From the sequence record SRR22947725_3534: a DNA stretch of 58,029 nucleotides. One strand, written 5' to 3'. The translations under genes and the position numbers were made by a program. This document shows, one piece after another, positions 17,036-26,458 of the stretch. Within the stretch, counting starts at the first letter, position 1. Each line of letters opens with the position of its first letter. A model generated the notes under the pieces. The model saw only the letters and a program-made list of their open reading frames with translations. It was not told the DNA's origin and did not search any database.

Positions 17036-20000
17036 ATGGCTACAAAGGATAAAGATTTTGTTCATTTACATGTCCACTCGGATTTCAGTCTACTGGATGG
17101 ATGTTGTCGGATGGATCGTTTAATGGGGAGAGCACAGGAACTGGGGCAGTCCGCCATGGCACTTACAGACCATGGGAACTTATTTGGTACGATTTCGTTT
17201 ATTAAACAGGCTGAAAAACATGGGATTAAACCAATCGTTGGTTGTGAAGGTTACATGGTAACGGATCATAAGAACGATGAGAAACCCGGAAGAGAAAATC
17301 ATAAATCGTACCACATCGGTATGTTGGCGAAGAATTATGAGGGCTATCAAAATCTATCTAAGGTCGTATCAGATGCCCATGTGGACGGATTTTATTACCG
17401 GCCACGAACGGATTTGGAAACCTTGGCGGAACATTCGAAAGGCTTGATCGGGTTTACCGGTTGCATGCAGGGTTGGGTGCCCCAATTAATTCTGCGCGGA
17501 AAAGAGGACGAGGCAGAAAAAGCGATGGGGCAGATGATCGATATTTTTGGAAAAGAAAATTACTTCGTTGAGCTCCATAATCACGGGATTGAAGAACAGG
17601 CTCAACTTGTGCCTGTATTATTAAAATTTGCCAAAAAGTTTGATTTAAAGGTAATCGCATCCAATGATGTGCATTATGTGAAAGAGGAGGACTGGGCTCC
17701 CCATGATGCTCTGCTTTGTATACAGACCGGTTCCAAGATCGACGACGAGAATAGGATGCGGTACGATGCGAAACAGTTTTATTTGAAGTCGAGGGAGCAG
17801 ATGGAGGAGTTATTTAGAGAGGCTCCTGAGTCAATTACCAATACATTTGCCGTGGCGGAAATGTGTGAACTTAAGCTGCCCTTTGGAGAGAATCATTACC
17901 CGGTCTTTACTTTACCACCCGAGATTAATACCAAGGAGGTGGATAATGTGAAATACCTGAAACTTCTTTGTATTGAGGGATTAAAGGGGAGGTATGAAAA
18001 AGAGTACCTGGCTGAGGAACTTCGCGGGGAAGATACCGATGAAAAAGTACGCGAGCTCAGTGAGCGGGTGGATTATGAATTGAGCGTGATTACCAAGACT
18101 GGTTTTAATGACTACTTTTTGATCGTTGCCGATTTTATGGGATGGGCAAGGGACCAGGATATCCCGGTAGGTCCGGGAAGAGGATCGGGAGCGGGTTGCC
18201 TGGTGGCCTATGTTTTAGGAATTACTGATATTGATCCCTTACGATTTGGTTTATTATTTGAACGATTTTTAAATCCAGAACGGGTCTCACCCCCGGATTT
18301 TGATATCGATTTTTGTATGAGACGGCGGGGTGAGGTGATTGAATATGTCCGTGAAAAATATGGTCGCGATTGTGTGGCCAACATTATTACTTTTGGCACT
18401 TTTGGCGCAAAAATGGTGGTGAGAGATGTGGCCCGTGTGCGCGATGTACCCTATGCAGAGGCAGATAAACTGGCGAAAATGGTGCCCGATGATTTAAATA
18501 TCAGTTTGGAGCAGGCCCTGGAAAAGAGTCCTGAGTTTCGACAGGAGTGTGAAACGAATCCAATTGCCAAGCAGATTATCGAGACGGGAAAAGTGATTGA
18601 AGGAATGGTGCGCAATGTGGGAACTCATGCGGCGGGAGTTATTATTGCTGACCGTCCATTACGGGAATTAGTTCCTTTAACCAGTCAGGATGGAGTTTTG
18701 ACTACCCAATTCCCCAAAGACCCAGTGGAGGATTTGGGATTGCTCAAAATGGATTTTCTTGGATTAAAAACTTTGACTGTTATTGCGGCGGCAGAGAAAC
18801 ATATTCGCGAAAAAGAGGGATTTGAAAAATTTCGGGTGGCCGATGTATCGCTTGAAGATGAAAAGACCTTCGAAATATTAAACGAAGCCCGAACAATTGG
18901 GGTCTTTCAATTGGAATCAGATGGAATGCGTCGTTTGTGCAGGCAGATGAATATCTCCAATGTGGATGAGATTATTGCATTGATCGCACTTTACCGCCCT
19001 GGTCCGATGGAGTGGATTCCGGATTATATTAAAGGCAAGGAGGATCCCTCGACGATTAAATTCCCACACCCCTTATTGGAAGAGGTCTGTGAGGAAACCT
19101 ATGGAGTGATGGTCTATCAGGAGCAAGTAATGGAGGCCGCCCGTCGAGTCGCGGGATATTCATTGGGTGGGGCAGATATTTTACGTCGGGCGATGGGAAA
19201 GAAGAAGCCCGAAGAGATGGCCAAGCAAAGAGAGATATTTGTAACTGGTGCAAAAGAGACGAACGAGATTGCCGAAAAGAAGGCCAATGAAATTTTTGAT
19301 ATTCTCGAAAAATTTGCCGGGTACGGTTTTAATAAATCCCACTCGGCTGCCTATGGAATTATCAGCTATCAAACGGGTTATCTGAAGGCTAATTTCCCCG
19401 TTCATTTTATGGCAGGTGTCCTCTCCTGTGAATTGGGTAATTCTGATAAACTATCCCATTTTATAGGCGAGTGTACCGAGATGAAAATCTTGGTCTTGGG
19501 ACCGGATGTAAATGAATCGGGGGAGAATTTTACTCCAGTCGAGGGAGAAGAAGATAAAGCGGATTCAATTCGATTTGGTTTGGCCGCGGTCAAAGGAGTA
19601 GGGGATGCCCCGTCTGGTGTAATAGTAGAGGAGCGAAAAAATGGTCCCTACCTTAATTTCTCTGATTTCGTTGAACGAGTGGAAGGGAAAGCGGTAAATA
19701 AAAGAGTGCTTGAAAATTTGATCAAGGCGGGAGGATTTGATTCCTTGGAGGATAGCCGCTCCGAATTACTTGCTGACTTGGACCGGGCGATGGGGGAGGC
19801 CCAATTGCGGAGGAAAGATAGGGAAGCGGGCCAAGTTAATTTATTTGATATGATGGGGGACGATTCCAGTGGGGGGAACTCGGCTGAAAACGGCGGATTT
19901 GCCCCGATTACGGATCGGCCTTCGGTTCCGAAAATGGATGAGTTGGAAAAATTGGGCTATGAAAGGGCATTACTCGGATTTTTTCTTTCAGGTCATCCAG

Positions 20001-20632
20001 TTGATACTCTTGGTGGATTAGGACCTTTGTTAGACGACATTACTTCTGATCAATTAGATAATTTGGAAAGTAAGCGATCTTTTCGTTTATGCGGAGTATT
20101 ATCTGAAATCGAACGACGATATACCAAAAAAGATGCCAAGCCCTGGGCCCGATTTACTTTAATTGCAAAAGAAAAGGATTTTTCAATCCCCATGTTCCCG
20201 GAGGCTTTTGAGCAATATGGCTTACATTTGGAAGAGGGGAAAATTGTCGTGATGGAGGGAGTTGCATCGAAAAAAGACGGTGAGTTACGAACCAATGTGA
20301 CCAATGTAAGACCGGTTGAGGATGCGATTTCGTCGCTAACCGAGGAAGTTACTTGGTTATTGGACCCGGATCATAGAGGGGCAGAACAATTTACAAAGGA
20401 CATGTTTGCCCTGGGAGAGAAGGGAGAAGGAGGGACTTTGATTCGCCTTGCGTACGCACGAAATGGTGAGGACGAAGGTCTTGTGGTGGAAACCGATAGT
20501 CGATTTTCAATGCGTTTTTCCTCTTCGATTTTTAAGGATTGGCGTAAGCATGAATGTGTCAAGGGGGCACGGGTGCTCATACGAACTCCGGAACCCCCTC
20601 AAGAAAGAAAGTATGGAAAGAAAAATTTTTAA
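17036..20632 (+). CDS. dnaE: DNA polymerase III alpha subunit
   Basis: [18 protein letters not shown] domain, [32 protein letters not shown]. Confidence 0.99.
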   Translation: MATKDKDFVHLHVHSDFSLLDGCCRMDRLMGRAQELGQSAMALTDHGNLFGTISFIKQAEKHGIKPIVGCEGYMVTDHKNDEKPGRENHKSYHIGMLAKNYEGYQNLSKVVSDAHVDGFYYRPRTDLETLAEHSKGLIGFTGCMQGWVPQLILRGKEDEAEKAMGQMIDIFGKENYFVELHNHGIEEQAQLVPVLLKFAKKFDLKVIASNDVHYVKEEDWAPHDALLCIQTGSKIDDENRMRYDAKQFYLKSREQMEELFREAPESITNTFAVAEMCELKLPFGENHYPVFTLPPEINTKEVDNVKYLKLLCIEGLKGRYEKEYLAEELRGEDTDEKVRELSERVDYELSVITKTGFNDYFLIVADFMGWARDQDIPVGPGRGSGAGCLVAYVLGITDIDPLRFGLLFERFLNPERVSPPDFDIDFCMRRRGEVIEYVREKYGRDCVANIITFGTFGAKMVVRDVARVRDVPYAEADKLAKMVPDDLNISLEQALEKSPEFRQECETNPIAKQIIETGKVIEGMVRNVGTHAAGVIIADRPLRELVPLTSQDGVLTTQFPKDPVEDLGLLKMDFLGLKTLTVIAAAEKHIREKEGFEKFRVADVSLEDEKTFEILNEARTIGVFQLESDGMRRLCRQMNISNVDEIIALIALYRPGPMEWIPDYIKGKEDPSTIKFPHPLLEEVCEETYGVMVYQEQVMEAARRVAGYSLGGADILRRAMGKKKPEEMAKQREIFVTGAKETNEIAEKKANEIFDILEKFAGYGFNKSHSAAYGIISYQTGYLKANFPVHFMAGVLSCELGNSDKLSHFIGECTEMKILVLGPDVNESGENFTPVEGEEDKADSIRFGLAAVKGVGDAPSGVIVEERKNGPYLNFSDFVERVEGKAVNKRVLENLIKAGGFDSLEDSRSELLADLDRAMGEAQLRRKDREAGQVNLFDMMGDDSSGGNSAENGGFAPITDRPSVPKMDELEKLGYERALLGFFLSGHPVDTLGGLGPLLDDITSDQLDNLESKRSFRLCGVLSEIERRYTKKDAKPWARFTLIAKEKDFSIPMFPEAFEQYGLHLEEGKIVVMEGVASKKDGELRTNVTNVRPVEDAISSLTEEVTWLLDPDHRGAEQFTKDMFALGEKGEGGTLIRLAYARNGEDEGLVVETDSRFSMRFSSSIFKDWRKHECVKGARVLIRTPEPPQERKYGKKNF

Positions 20633-20645
20633 GCTATCTTCCGCC

Positions 20646-20673
20646 TTGACCTGTGGGCGTGAATCTTTACTTT
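20646..20673 (+). promoter_or_regulatory. Putative sigma70 promoter for rpsU
   Basis: TTGACC-N16-TACTTT ending 13 nt before the ATG. Confidence 0.45.
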
Positions 20674-20686
20674 AAACCTTTCTTAT

Positions 20687-20887
20687 ATGACAATTGAAAT
20701 TAAATTACGTAAAGGCGAGCCTATCGATCGGGCAATTCGTCGTTTAAAAAAGCGCCTCGACCGTGAAGGTACAATACGAGATGTGCGTGACAAGCGTTAC
20801 TTTGCAAAACCTTCCGATAAAAAAAGAGAAGCCCGAAAGGTGGCAGCTTTTACCCAGATGCTTCGTACTCGTTACGAGAAAATGTAG
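20687..20887 (+). CDS. rpsU: 30S ribosomal protein S21
   Basis: GEPIDRAIRRLKK...RYFAKPS; 66 aa and basic. Confidence 0.97.
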   Translation: MTIEIKLRKGEPIDRAIRRLKKRLDREGTIRDVRDKRYFAKPSDKKREARKVAAFTQMLRTRYEKM

Positions 20888-20950
20888 TTTCAAGGGAATC
20901 CTAATTGGATTTCTTGGTAAAAGTTAATTGAGGGGAGATCAAAAAATAAG

Positions 20951-22906
20951 ATGTCCCAATTAAATAATAGAATAACTCCGAGTCTTCGTGCGGAGTGGAA
21001 GTTATTTGATCAGGAAAATTCTTCTTCGATTGAGTACCTTATTCTTTGTGAAAAAATGATCTCAGTTGGTGAGTTTTTGTTAGCCCATGATGTCGCAAAA
21101 GCAGGTCTGAGTATTCACAAAAATGACCGGAAATTATGTCAGCGAGCTGCTCATGCATTAAGCAAGGCAGGGTCTCCAAAACTTGCCTCTAAATTGCTAG
21201 AGGAGTTAGTTGGCGGAGGAGACAGGGGGGTTGAAACACATAGCTTATTAGCCAGTGCTTACAAAGATTTGTGGGAGCAGGCAACCGATTCAGAATCCAA
21301 AAAGCAGTATGCAGAACTTGCAATTGCTCGATACGAGGAGGGCTTTTCCACCAATAGCTTTGATAATCTAAGGACAAGTCAGAGACAGGATTTGGAAACC
21401 CAATATTACCCCTGCATCAATATTTCATTTATGCATTTTTTCTCCGGTAATGATGAGGCTGGAAAAGAATATGCAGAGAAAGCCTGGAAGATATGTGAAA
21501 AATTAAAGGCCGATGGAAAACATGATTATTGGATTCAAGCCACTGAGGCAGAAGCACTTTTACTACTAGGCTCGGTGGACGATGCGGTTTTTTCTTATTC
21601 TGAGGCAGTGAAAATGACCGATGTTAAGCCTTCCTGGATTGCCAGCACTCGTAAACAGGCACTTCAAATTGCAAGTGCCTACGATGAGGAAGAGATCAGG
21701 CAGAAAATACAGAACGCATTCCCCACATTAGGAATTGTGGCATTTTCTGGACATGTCTTGGACCGTCCTGGTTCAATTCCTCGTTTTCCACCCGAAGCAG
21801 AAGAAATTGCGAAAAAAGAAATTGTGGAATCCTTGGAAGAAATGGAGGCAAATTGTGGTTTTAGTTCTGCAGCTTGTGGTACAGATATCTTATTTCTTGA
21901 GACAATGAATGAGAGAGGTGGGGAAACACATATTTTTTTACCCTTTGCAAAGGAAGAATTTATTGAGACGAGTGTGAGACGGGCGGGGGGGAATTGGGTT
22001 GCTCGATTTGAAAGTGTTCTTGATCAGGCGACCTCCATTCATTTTGTGACCAAGGATGGATACAATGGGGAGGACACTCTGTATTCTTTCTGTAATGATG
22101 TGCTACTTGGATTTGCTGCGATGCGAGGCCGTGGATTGGATGAAGATCCCAAGTTGCTCGTATTTTGGGATGGCCAGCCCGGCGCGGAAGGAGGAACTGG
22201 AGAATTGGTGAAAAAATGGCAAAAGAATTTTAATGACCCTGTTATTATTGATGCAAATCGAGTGTTAGATGCAACTCCTGTAGCAAACGAGTTACCCTCT
22301 CACGGCGGAGAGACAAATCCGACATTCCTAATGGGGGGGGATGCTTCCTCAGTATTACCGCGTACAATCAAGACTATGCTTTTTGCAGATGTGGAAGGTT
22401 TTTCCCGTTTAGACGAAAGTAAAACTCCGTACTTTGTGGAAAAATTCCTGGGAGGGATATCCAGTATTATTGAACGACTTTCTGTACCTCCTGCCTTCGT
22501 GAATACTTGGGGAGATAGTTTTTTCGCAGTTTTTGATAAATTAGAAGACGGGGTTGAATTGGCTCTTGAATTACGAGATTATTTTTCTAAAGGAGACTGG
22601 ACTCAATTGGGAATGATGGAGGGGATGGAGGTTCGCATTTCAATGCATGCAGGACCGGCTTATGAAAAATTTGACCCCATCCTGGGAAAGTTAAATTTTT
22701 TCGGAAGTCATGTGAATCAGGCTGCCCGAATTGAACCAATCGTACTGCCGGGTTCTGTCTTTGTTTCCGAAACAGTTGCGGCATTACTTTCTTTTGGACA
22801 TGACGGATTTGATTTTGAATATGTGGGGAATTTAGAACTCGCCAAAAATTTTGGAAGTTATCCGATTTATATTCTACAACGAACTGGTTATCATTATGAT
22901 GAATGA
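20951..22906 (+). CDS. TPR-S/DUF4071 (TRAF-binding-like) + SLOG-like + class III nucleotide cyclase fusion
   Basis: TPR-S motifs ETHSLLASAYKDLW, YYPCIN, DYWIQATEAEA, STRKQ; SLOG-like AFSGH..RFP, SSAACGTDILF, WDG...GGT; cyclase motifs LFADVEGFS, WGD, RISMHAGP, VNQAARIE. Confidence 0.85.
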   Translation: MSQLNNRITPSLRAEWKLFDQENSSSIEYLILCEKMISVGEFLLAHDVAKAGLSIHKNDRKLCQRAAHALSKAGSPKLASKLLEELVGGGDRGVETHSLLASAYKDLWEQATDSESKKQYAELAIARYEEGFSTNSFDNLRTSQRQDLETQYYPCINISFMHFFSGNDEAGKEYAEKAWKICEKLKADGKHDYWIQATEAEALLLLGSVDDAVFSYSEAVKMTDVKPSWIASTRKQALQIASAYDEEEIRQKIQNAFPTLGIVAFSGHVLDRPGSIPRFPPEAEEIAKKEIVESLEEMEANCGFSSAACGTDILFLETMNERGGETHIFLPFAKEEFIETSVRRAGGNWVARFESVLDQATSIHFVTKDGYNGEDTLYSFCNDVLLGFAAMRGRGLDEDPKLLVFWDGQPGAEGGTGELVKKWQKNFNDPVIIDANRVLDATPVANELPSHGGETNPTFLMGGDASSVLPRTIKTMLFADVEGFSRLDESKTPYFVEKFLGGISSIIERLSVPPAFVNTWGDSFFAVFDKLEDGVELALELRDYFSKGDWTQLGMMEGMEVRISMHAGPAYEKFDPILGKLNFFGSHVNQAARIEPIVLPGSVFVSETVAALLSFGHDGFDFEYVGNLELAKNFGSYPIYILQRTGYHYDE

Positions 22907-22918
22907 GAACTTTTTAAA

Positions 22919-24388
22919 ATGATTTCCTCTGCTGACATACCCGAACCTTTTGAGAGTTACTCAGGGGAAGGACCTTATGTATTTGTGAGTTATGCTCACG
23001 CGGACAAGATTCCCGTTTATCAATCTATGCGAGAATTTCGTGATGCTGGGGTTAATATGTGGTATGATGAAGGCATACAACCTGCTGGAGAATGGGTGGA
23101 AGAGATTGCCCATGCCATTAAAAAGTCGGCAATATTTGTTGTCTTTGTATCTCCTCGATCCGTTGATTCCCGCTTTGTTAAAAGTGAGGTGGGATATGCC
23201 CTGAGTGAAAATAAAGATATTCTCACAATTTATCTCGAACATACCACATTGCCAGCAGGACTATCTCTTTGCTTACAACAATTCCAATCGGTCTTTGTTT
23301 CGGAGAAGAATTGGCAGAAAAAAGCCGGCGCAACCTTGTTGGAAAAACTGAATGAAATCCCCAAGTTGGAAAAAGAAACAACTATAGTCGACCGGGGGCC
23401 AGTACCAGTAGATCATGGGGCTGAATTGTGGAAGTCCTGGGACCGGGTATGGATGGTCCAATTAAAGAGAGGTCTACAAAATGCTGAATCAAACGGAATA
23501 CATTCGGAAAATGTGATCTCGAGCAGCCAGACCAATGAGATTAAAAGACCCGTTCAGGAAACGATTCCAGATAAGAGTTCAATTTTAAAGCTTCGCGGTC
23601 GTCCAGGTCGTGGGAAGACAAGGCACCCGCTCGCATTTGATGTATCGATTAATGAAGAGAGCCAGGGCCAGACTGACTTTCCCCAAGGGAATCATAATGA
23701 TTACTATGCGGGAACTTTTTCGTGGATTCCATCCGGTAAGCTATCGATTTGGGTACCCTATGCAGAAGAACAAAGAGTGGTGGAGGTGGAGCACGGTTTT
23801 TGGCTCGGGCAATATTTAGTGACTCAGGAGGTTTACACCCAAGTAATGGGAGCCAATCCCAGTTTTACAGATTCTGAAAGTGATTTATCGAATCAATCTT
23901 TACCGGTAAATAATGTATCCTGGCTGGATGCAGTTGCATTCTCCAAGGCATTATCAATTTTATCATCTACACAAGGAACCTTGCCCGCGGGGTATGAATA
24001 TCGCTTACCTTCGGAAGTTGAGTGGGAATATGCCTGCCGTGCGGGGACATCGAGTTCCTATTATTTTGGCGATGAACCTGCCCAATTACATAACCACGCA
24101 TGGTTTCGTGGAAACAGTGGAAAAAAAATTCATCCAGTTGGATTAAAAAGTCCCAATCCATGGAAATTATTTGATATGTACGGAAATGTTCGTGAATGGG
24201 TGGGGAATTCTTTTGTAAATACATTGTTGAATGATAGTGAGCAGGATGAATTTCGTATTAGTCGGGGGGGTGCTTACATGAAAACTGCGGTGGAATGCCA
24301 ATCATCGACCCGGTCCACAAATTCTTTATACCATCGATTTAGAAATTTAGGGTTCCGGGTTGCTTTGGCTCGTACCAATAATACTTGA
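22919..24388 (+). CDS. TIR domain + FGE-sulfatase/SUMF1-like (C-type-lectin fold) fusion
   Basis: TIR: VFVSYAHAD, WYDEGI, FVSPRSVDS, VKSEVGYA. FGE-like: VTQ..Y..VMG.NPS, PVNNVSW, YRLPSEVEWEYACRAG, NPWKLFDMYGNVREW, RGG, GFRV. Confidence 0.88.
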   Translation: MISSADIPEPFESYSGEGPYVFVSYAHADKIPVYQSMREFRDAGVNMWYDEGIQPAGEWVEEIAHAIKKSAIFVVFVSPRSVDSRFVKSEVGYALSENKDILTIYLEHTTLPAGLSLCLQQFQSVFVSEKNWQKKAGATLLEKLNEIPKLEKETTIVDRGPVPVDHGAELWKSWDRVWMVQLKRGLQNAESNGIHSENVISSSQTNEIKRPVQETIPDKSSILKLRGRPGRGKTRHPLAFDVSINEESQGQTDFPQGNHNDYYAGTFSWIPSGKLSIWVPYAEEQRVVEVEHGFWLGQYLVTQEVYTQVMGANPSFTDSESDLSNQSLPVNNVSWLDAVAFSKALSILSSTQGTLPAGYEYRLPSEVEWEYACRAGTSSSYYFGDEPAQLHNHAWFRGNSGKKIHPVGLKSPNPWKLFDMYGNVREWVGNSFVNTLLNDSEQDEFRISRGGAYMKTAVECQSSTRSTNSLYHRFRNLGFRVALARTNNT

Positions 24389-24471
24389 AGCAGCGGTATT
24401 AATTCATCTGCAATTTTGAGGGATTTCCGTTGCTCTTTTGGGAAAGTAAATTCATTTTCTAGTCTTTTGTG

Positions 24472-25962
24472 ATGAGCGAAGATAAGCCAAATAGTACCCC
24501 TCAACAAGATACTCCACTTGATGGAAGCGATCAATTTGCTGTCCGGCAAGCCAAACTTGAACAGATTCGTGAAAACGGGTTTGATCCATTTCGGTCGAAT
24601 TGGGAACAAACGCATACCTCTACTGAAGCACAATCACTTTTGACTGAAGACATGGAAGAAGGTCCAGAGGTCTCGGTTGCTGGGCGCATAGTGGCATTTC
24701 GTTTGATGGGAAAAGCATCCTTTTTAAAAGTCCTCGACCGAGATGGTAAGGTTCAGGCTTATGTGAGAAAAGATGAAATTGGAGAAGAGGAATATGCCAC
24801 TTTCAAAAAATTGGATTTAGGTGATTTTATTGGTATCCGAGGGAAATTGTTTCGCACTAAGACAGGGGAAGTAACCATCCGTGCACAGGAATATCGCTTG
24901 GTTACAAAAGCCCTTCGTCCACTTCCTGAAAAGTGGCATGGATTAACTGATAATGATCAAATTTATCGTCAACGTTATTTAGATTTAATTGTGAACGATC
25001 AATCCCGTGAACGATTTCGTACACGGAGTCAAATTATTCGAGAAATTCGAGAATTCTTTTGGAATCGGGATTTCTTGGAAGTGGAAACTCCGATGTTACA
25101 ATCAGTTTCTGGTGGAGCAGCAGCCCGACCTTTTCGGACTCATTTTAATGCTCTGGATTGCGATTTTAATATGCGGATTGCCTTGGAACTTCATTTGAAA
25201 AGATTGTTAGTAGGTGGCTTCGATCGGGTTTTTGAAGTGGGCAGAGTTTTTCGAAATGAAGGACTTTCGAGGAGGCATAATCCAGAATTTACTATGTTGG
25301 AGGCTTATCAGGCTTATACGGATTATCGTGGAATGATGGAATTAACTCAGTCCTTGATCCAACAAGTTGCGGAACGTTCTCTTGGTACTTTGCAGTTGGA
25401 GAGAAATGAGGGAGATGTAATTGACCTTTCGGGGAAATGGAGAGAAGCCAAGTACAAAGATTTAATTATCGATGCGGTGGGAAGGGATGACTGGTTTGAA
25501 TTGCCTAAATCCGCCAAGTTGGAAAAAGCCAAAGAACTTCGAATTGAAGTTGATCCAGAGTTAGAAGATTTTGAAGTTACTAATGATGTGTTCGAAAAAA
25601 TTATTGAACACACTCTTATACAACCCACTTTTGTGACCCATATCCCTAAAGAACTTTGTCCTTTGGCTAAGATCACCGAAGATGATTCCAGTACCATCGA
25701 TGTGTTTGAATTATGCATTAATGGCCAGGAGATCGCACCGGCTTATTCTGAACAAAATGATCCTGCCGTTCAGCGTGATGCATTTATGAAACAAGTGGGT
25801 GAGGAGACTCAGGAATTAGATGATGATTTTCTTCTGGCTTTAGAACATGGCATGCCACCGGCCGGCGGCATGGGTTTAGGGGTTGATCGATTAGTTATAT
25901 TTTTGACCAAGGCGGCCAATATTCGGGATACAATTCTTTTCCCTACCCTTCGACCTTTTTAA
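24472..25962 (+). CDS. lysS: Lysine--tRNA ligase (class II)
   Basis: LRPLPEKWHGL, YRQRYLDL, FRNEG, HNPEFTMLE, GMPPAGGMGLGVDRL. An alternative GTG start exists at 24469. Confidence 0.99.
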   Translation: MSEDKPNSTPQQDTPLDGSDQFAVRQAKLEQIRENGFDPFRSNWEQTHTSTEAQSLLTEDMEEGPEVSVAGRIVAFRLMGKASFLKVLDRDGKVQAYVRKDEIGEEEYATFKKLDLGDFIGIRGKLFRTKTGEVTIRAQEYRLVTKALRPLPEKWHGLTDNDQIYRQRYLDLIVNDQSRERFRTRSQIIREIREFFWNRDFLEVETPMLQSVSGGAAARPFRTHFNALDCDFNMRIALELHLKRLLVGGFDRVFEVGRVFRNEGLSRRHNPEFTMLEAYQAYTDYRGMMELTQSLIQQVAERSLGTLQLERNEGDVIDLSGKWREAKYKDLIIDAVGRDDWFELPKSAKLEKAKELRIEVDPELEDFEVTNDVFEKIIEHTLIQPTFVTHIPKELCPLAKITEDDSSTIDVFELCINGQEIAPAYSEQNDPAVQRDAFMKQVGEETQELDDDFLLALEHGMPPAGGMGLGVDRLVIFLTKAANIRDTILFPTLRPF

Positions 25963-25987
25963 GCATCTCCGTTCAATTCCCTCACTA

Positions 25988-26458
25988 ATGAAGGTTAAAA
26001 ACAAGGGAGATCAACAAAAGGTTATAATCAAACCAGTCCTTTGGAGACAGACGGCGTTCACCTTATTTTTGTGTATTACGGCGTTCTTTTTTTCCATGGT
26101 AAATTATTTTGGAGTTCTTTTTAGCTGGGTAGCTATGATTGTCTTTTTTATTTTAGCACTGCTCAATCTATTGGATCAACTTTTTCAATGGTCGCGATTA
26201 TTGATTGATTCGGAGGGTTATTCCTTTCGCGGATGGTGGAGGAAACAGCATTATCGTCATGAAGAAATTGAAAGTTTTGATACTGAAATCTACGCGGCCC
26301 GCCCGCTTATTATAGTGAGTCTAAGAAAGAAATCTCAAAAGTTAAGGGGACTCAAAGATGAACCCATTGCATTTCCGTGTACATTTGGAAGACCGGTCGA
26401 GGATATACTGAAGGTTTTGCGTGACAACCACGACAAAACACCTCGTGCACTAGTCTAG
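25988..26458 (+). CDS. Hypothetical two-TM membrane protein
   Basis: 156-aa ORF directly after lysS; two hydrophobic helices followed by a soluble beta-rich domain. Confidence 0.65.
   Translation: MKVKNKGDQQKVIIKPVLWRQTAFTLFLCITAFFFSMVNYFGVLFSWVAMIVFFILALLNLLDQLFQWSRLLIDSEGYSFRGWWRKQHYRHEEIESFDTEIYAARPLIIVSLRKKSQKLRGLKDEPIAFPCTFGRPVEDILKVLRDNHDKTPRALV

Noticed and set aside
17036-20632. Intein in DnaE
   Set aside because: The length (1198 aa) is normal and no intein splice motifs are evident.
24250-24370. FGE-domain C-terminus as a diversity-generating retroelement variable region
   Set aside because: No template repeat or reverse transcriptase is visible in this window; action in trans cannot be excluded.
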